A stretch of 64,000 bases of DNA from Thermodesulfobacteriota bacterium (GTDB lineage: Bacteria; Desulfobacterota; Binatia; Bin18), in the NCBI GenBank assembly GCA_964291405.2, contig OZ219926.1, forward strand, positions 1,248,001-1,312,000, given 5' to 3'. The notes below the pieces were generated by a model. It was not told where the DNA came from. It was given only the letters and a program-made list of their open reading frames with translations, and made no database searches. How positions within the stretch are numbered: the stretch's first letter is position 1; every line of letters begins with the position of its first letter. A program made the position numbers and the translations under genes. Positions 61,187-64,000 of the stretch are shown here, piece after piece.

Positions 61187-61324
61187 ATGTTCTGGTTTGG
61201 CTTTATTGTTGGTGCGGCCGCGGCCACCGTATTTATTCTGTACGGCAATGGTGAGTTGCTGGTGAAACTCCGCGATCGGATCAAAAGCGTCTCTGATCGG
61301 TTTTGGGAGTCGCAGAAGAAATAA
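61187..61324 (+). CDS. small single-TM protein (45 aa), below the ORF-track size cut-off
   Basis: AGGAGG RBS; MFWFGFIVGAAAATVFILYGNGELLVKLRDRIKSVSDRFWESQKK. Confidence 0.65.
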   Translation: MFWFGFIVGAAAATVFILYGNGELLVKLRDRIKSVSDRFWESQKK

Positions 61325-61468
61325 ACGCCACGTCAGGCCGATCTCTCACAGCGTCCTTTCTCTGGGTGGTCTTTTTTCTTTCGCTCACTTTGTTCGCCTC
61401 TTGTCCTTGTGCTAGAGTTCGGGCAAGCGAGAAGCAGACACAAGAAGCACATCAAAGGAGGGCATTGT

Positions 61469-62677
61469 ATGGCAAAGCCGCTGGATGGAATTCGTGTCCT
61501 TGACTGGACCATATGGCAGCAGGGACCGGTCGCGACCATGATGCTCGGCGACCTCGGGGCTGAGGTCATCAAGCTTGAAGAACGCGTGGGGGGCGACCCT
61601 GGGCGTGGCGTGATGCAAATTGCCGGAGCCAAAACCGGCGCGCGCAACTATTATTTTGAAGCCAACAACCGCCATAAAAAGAGCCTCACGCTCGATCTCA
61701 AGAAGCCCGAGGCAAAAGAAATCGTCTATAAGCTAGTCGAAAAGTCAGACGTCTTTGTCCAGAACTATCGGAAGGGCGTGGCGGCCAAGCTCGGCCTTGA
61801 TTATGCCACCCTCTCGAAATACAACCCCAAGCTGATCTATGCCAGCGCAACCGGCTATGGTCCGAACGGACCGGACGCCGGAGAACCTTCCTTCGACTAT
61901 ATGGGCCTGGCCCGGTCCGGGGTCATGACCGCGGCGGGCGAGCCGGACATGGATCCCATGAATATTACCGGGGGTATCGCCGACCAAATGGGCGCCATCA
62001 TGCTGGCCCACGGAATTACCGTGGCCCTGTTGGCCCGCGAACGCTTGGGCGTCGGTCAGGAGGTCGATACCTCGCATCTGGGCAGTATGATGGCCCTCCA
62101 GGGGCTCAATCTGGCCTGTCGCCTGACCCTGGGGAAGGAGTTCAAGCGTTTTTATCGCACCAAAGCGATAAATCCGCTCTGGAATCACTATAAGTGCCAG
62201 GACGATAAATGGATATGTCTGGCCATGCCGCAAGCCGACCGCTACTGGCCGGATTTCTGTAAGACGCTCGGCATTCCGGAGCTGGAGAAGGACCCACGTT
62301 TTGAGAACATGAAAGTACGCGGTCGCAACGCCGAGGAAATTATCGCTATTGTCGATAAAATTTTCGCTTCAAAGCCACGCGCGGAATGGATGCAAATTCT
62401 GAGAGCCGGTGGTGACTTCATTTATACGCTGGTGAATAACATCACCGACCTGCCCGACGATCCGCAAATGCAGGCCAACGACTATGTCGTGGATTATGAT
62501 CACCCCACCTGGGGTGAAACGCAGATCGTCGGCTCACCCCTGATCCTGAGTGAGACGCCGGCCGACCCGAAAGCCCCGGCCCCGGAGTTTGGCGAGCATA
62601 CTGAACAGGTACTAGTCGATATGCTGGGCTATTCCTGGGAGGACGTGGGGAAATTACGAGAGGCTGAGGTGCTGTAA
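61469..62677 (+). CDS. family III CoA transferase (CaiB/BaiF)
   Basis: PLDGIRVLD, LGDLGAEVIK.E, NRHKKS..LDLK, DVFVQNYR, GYG..GP, FD, APEFGEHT. Confidence 0.94.
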   Translation: MAKPLDGIRVLDWTIWQQGPVATMMLGDLGAEVIKLEERVGGDPGRGVMQIAGAKTGARNYYFEANNRHKKSLTLDLKKPEAKEIVYKLVEKSDVFVQNYRKGVAAKLGLDYATLSKYNPKLIYASATGYGPNGPDAGEPSFDYMGLARSGVMTAAGEPDMDPMNITGGIADQMGAIMLAHGITVALLARERLGVGQEVDTSHLGSMMALQGLNLACRLTLGKEFKRFYRTKAINPLWNHYKCQDDKWICLAMPQADRYWPDFCKTLGIPELEKDPRFENMKVRGRNAEEIIAIVDKIFASKPRAEWMQILRAGGDFIYTLVNNITDLPDDPQMQANDYVVDYDHPTWGETQIVGSPLILSETPADPKAPAPEFGEHTEQVLVDMLGYSWEDVGKLREAEVL

Positions 62678-62687
62678 GGATTATGCG

Positions 62688-62710
62688 GGGGCAGCCTTTG
62701 TGGCTGCCCT
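62688..62710. terminator. hairpin between convergent genes (probable terminator)
   Basis: GGGGCAGCC-TTTGT-GGCTGCCCT, 10 bp after the CoA-transferase stop; weak U-tract. Confidence 0.55.
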
Positions 62711-62745
62711 TGTCGCTACAAAGAGTGAACGTGTCCAGCTTCTAT

Positions 62746-63717
62746 CTATTTGAATTGAAGGACACGTTTATCCTTCGACCACACAACTCGATGCCGCAGC
62801 TCTTCCCCTGCTACATAACGCCGGAGATTGTCCAGCCACAGTTCGCCGACCCGCGGCAGATACAACGGCGAGGTTGAGGCCGTATGCGGGGTGATAAACA
62901 CATTCGGCATATCCCATAAGTCATCGTCCGCAGGCCACGGTTCGGTAGGTAAGACGTCGAGGCAGGCGTGACGCAGCCTTCCCGCTCGCAATGCCTCTTT
63001 GAGCGCCGCCATATCGACGATGACCCCCCGCGCGATATTGATCAGGGTGGCAGAGGATTTCATAAGGGCCAGTTCGTCTACGCCGATGAGCCCGTGCGTC
63101 TGGGGGGTAGCCGGAGTGGCCAGAATGACAAAATCGGCCTCGGAAAGAAATTGGTGCAGGTCGGCCAGCGTGCCTTGCTGCTCCACCCCGACCACCGGCT
63201 GAGCTGATTGACGAATGCCGAGGATCCGCATCCCGAAGCCGGTGAGCATGGCAACAATGCGACTGCCAATGGCACCGAGACCAATGACCAGAGCGGTTTT
63301 GTCGCTCAGGCTCTCAAGCCTGGCCTCCTGCCAGCGGTGCTGGCGTTGACGGGCGGACAATTCACCAAACCGTTTTGCCGACCACAGCACAAAGCCCACG
63401 GCGAATTCAGCCACCTCAGGCGCATTTGTACCGGGACTGTGAGAAACGAGCGCCCCCTTAGTCCGCATGGCATCATAAAAACGGCCGTCCGTGCCAGCGT
63501 CTTCGGTATGCGCCCAACGTGGCTGAGGGAGCTGTATCATGGCGTCGATGAATGCTTTGCGATACGCGTCGCCGGCTAACACGATGAGGTCGCAGTCATC
63601 CGGCGAGGCGGACCAGGAGCCGTCCGGCTCAATCAAGGCCCAGCCCAGCTCTGGCACGATAGCCTGGGCAGCTTCCCCAAAACGGACAAAAAATTCTCGG
63701 CCGGCCGCAACTTTCAT
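62746..63717 (-). CDS. D-2-hydroxyacid dehydrogenase
   Basis: VAEF, IGLGAIG, P.TP.T.GLI, LINIARG, LDV...EP, ITPH; GGAGG RBS. Confidence 0.9.
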   Translation of the reverse strand: MKVAAGREFFVRFGEAAQAIVPELGWALIEPDGSWSASPDDCDLIVLAGDAYRKAFIDAMIQLPQPRWAHTEDAGTDGRFYDAMRTKGALVSHSPGTNAPEVAEFAVGFVLWSAKRFGELSARQRQHRWQEARLESLSDKTALVIGLGAIGSRIVAMLTGFGMRILGIRQSAQPVVGVEQQGTLADLHQFLSEADFVILATPATPQTHGLIGVDELALMKSSATLINIARGVIVDMAALKEALRAGRLRHACLDVLPTEPWPADDDLWDMPNVFITPHTASTSPLYLPRVGELWLDNLRRYVAGEELRHRVVWSKDKRVLQFK

Positions 63718-63860
63718 CAAGACCTCCCTCTCCAGCGGTCTTACCACGAAAGAGAAGCGTATGCCTATAGAGACAGGAAAAATCAGCGGGAAAAGCGTAC
63801 CCTACGTTGACTGGACAGCCCAGTCCAAATATGCGACACGGCAGCACGGAGGAGCACTGC

Positions 63861-64000
63861 ATGAAATTCGGCATTATCCATGACTTTCGCAATCCCGCCC
63901 AATGGCACCGCCCATATCCGGAACTGTATCACGCCCTGCTCGATCAGATTGTTCGGGCCGAAGAGCTGGGCTATGACAACGTCTGGCTGGCGGAACATCA
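63861..64000 (+). CDS. LLM-class flavin-dependent oxidoreductase, 5' part (runs off the window)
   Basis: GGAGGAG RBS; MKFGIIHDFRNP...AEELGYDNVWLAEH. Confidence 0.85.
   Translation, partial: MKFGIIHDFRNPAQWHRPYPELYHALLDQIVRAEELGYDNVWLAEH

Overview
This is a gene-dense, GC-rich bacterial chromosome segment. Hopanoid gene hpnH, pilD, a tal-pgi fusion and many amidohydrolase, LLM and NTF2 paralogs suggest a Binatota/deltaproteobacteria-like, possibly host-associated lineage (inference only). (1) Bases 1-5.5 kb form an accessory island. It holds five co-oriented genes: DUF5131/Gp37-Gp68 three-Cys radical-SAM-like, TcmP methyltransferase-fold, dual-OB-like, and two DUF488. GTAG REP-like palindromes bracket the last three genes, a further gene runs off the window edge, and a decayed DUF433/DUF5615 toxin-antitoxin pair lies nearby. 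This is the best candidate for a little-characterised nucleic-acid modification, defence or repair system. (2) Bases 5.6-34 kb are a large catabolic region for C-N bonds and heterocycles: deacylases, amidohydrolases, an imine-reductase-like enzyme, amidase, CocE, bicupin, LLMs, a Cys-less nitrilase, a hydantoinase/carbamoylase/2OG-oxygenase group and an acetamidase. A solitary PD-(D/E)XK nuclease and dinJ-yafQ are inserted within it. (3) Bases 34-64 kb are mostly housekeeping: rpiA, tal-pgi, hpnH, fur, tatD, metG, holB, tmk, pilD, an ETF fusion and ftsH, plus MazEF/SprT and arsI-sigZ islets. Two genes (an LLM and hpnH) carry single frameshifts that may be sequencing indels. I saw no rRNA, tRNA, CRISPR array, transposase or integrase. 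All calls are by-eye motif recognition; no database searches were run.
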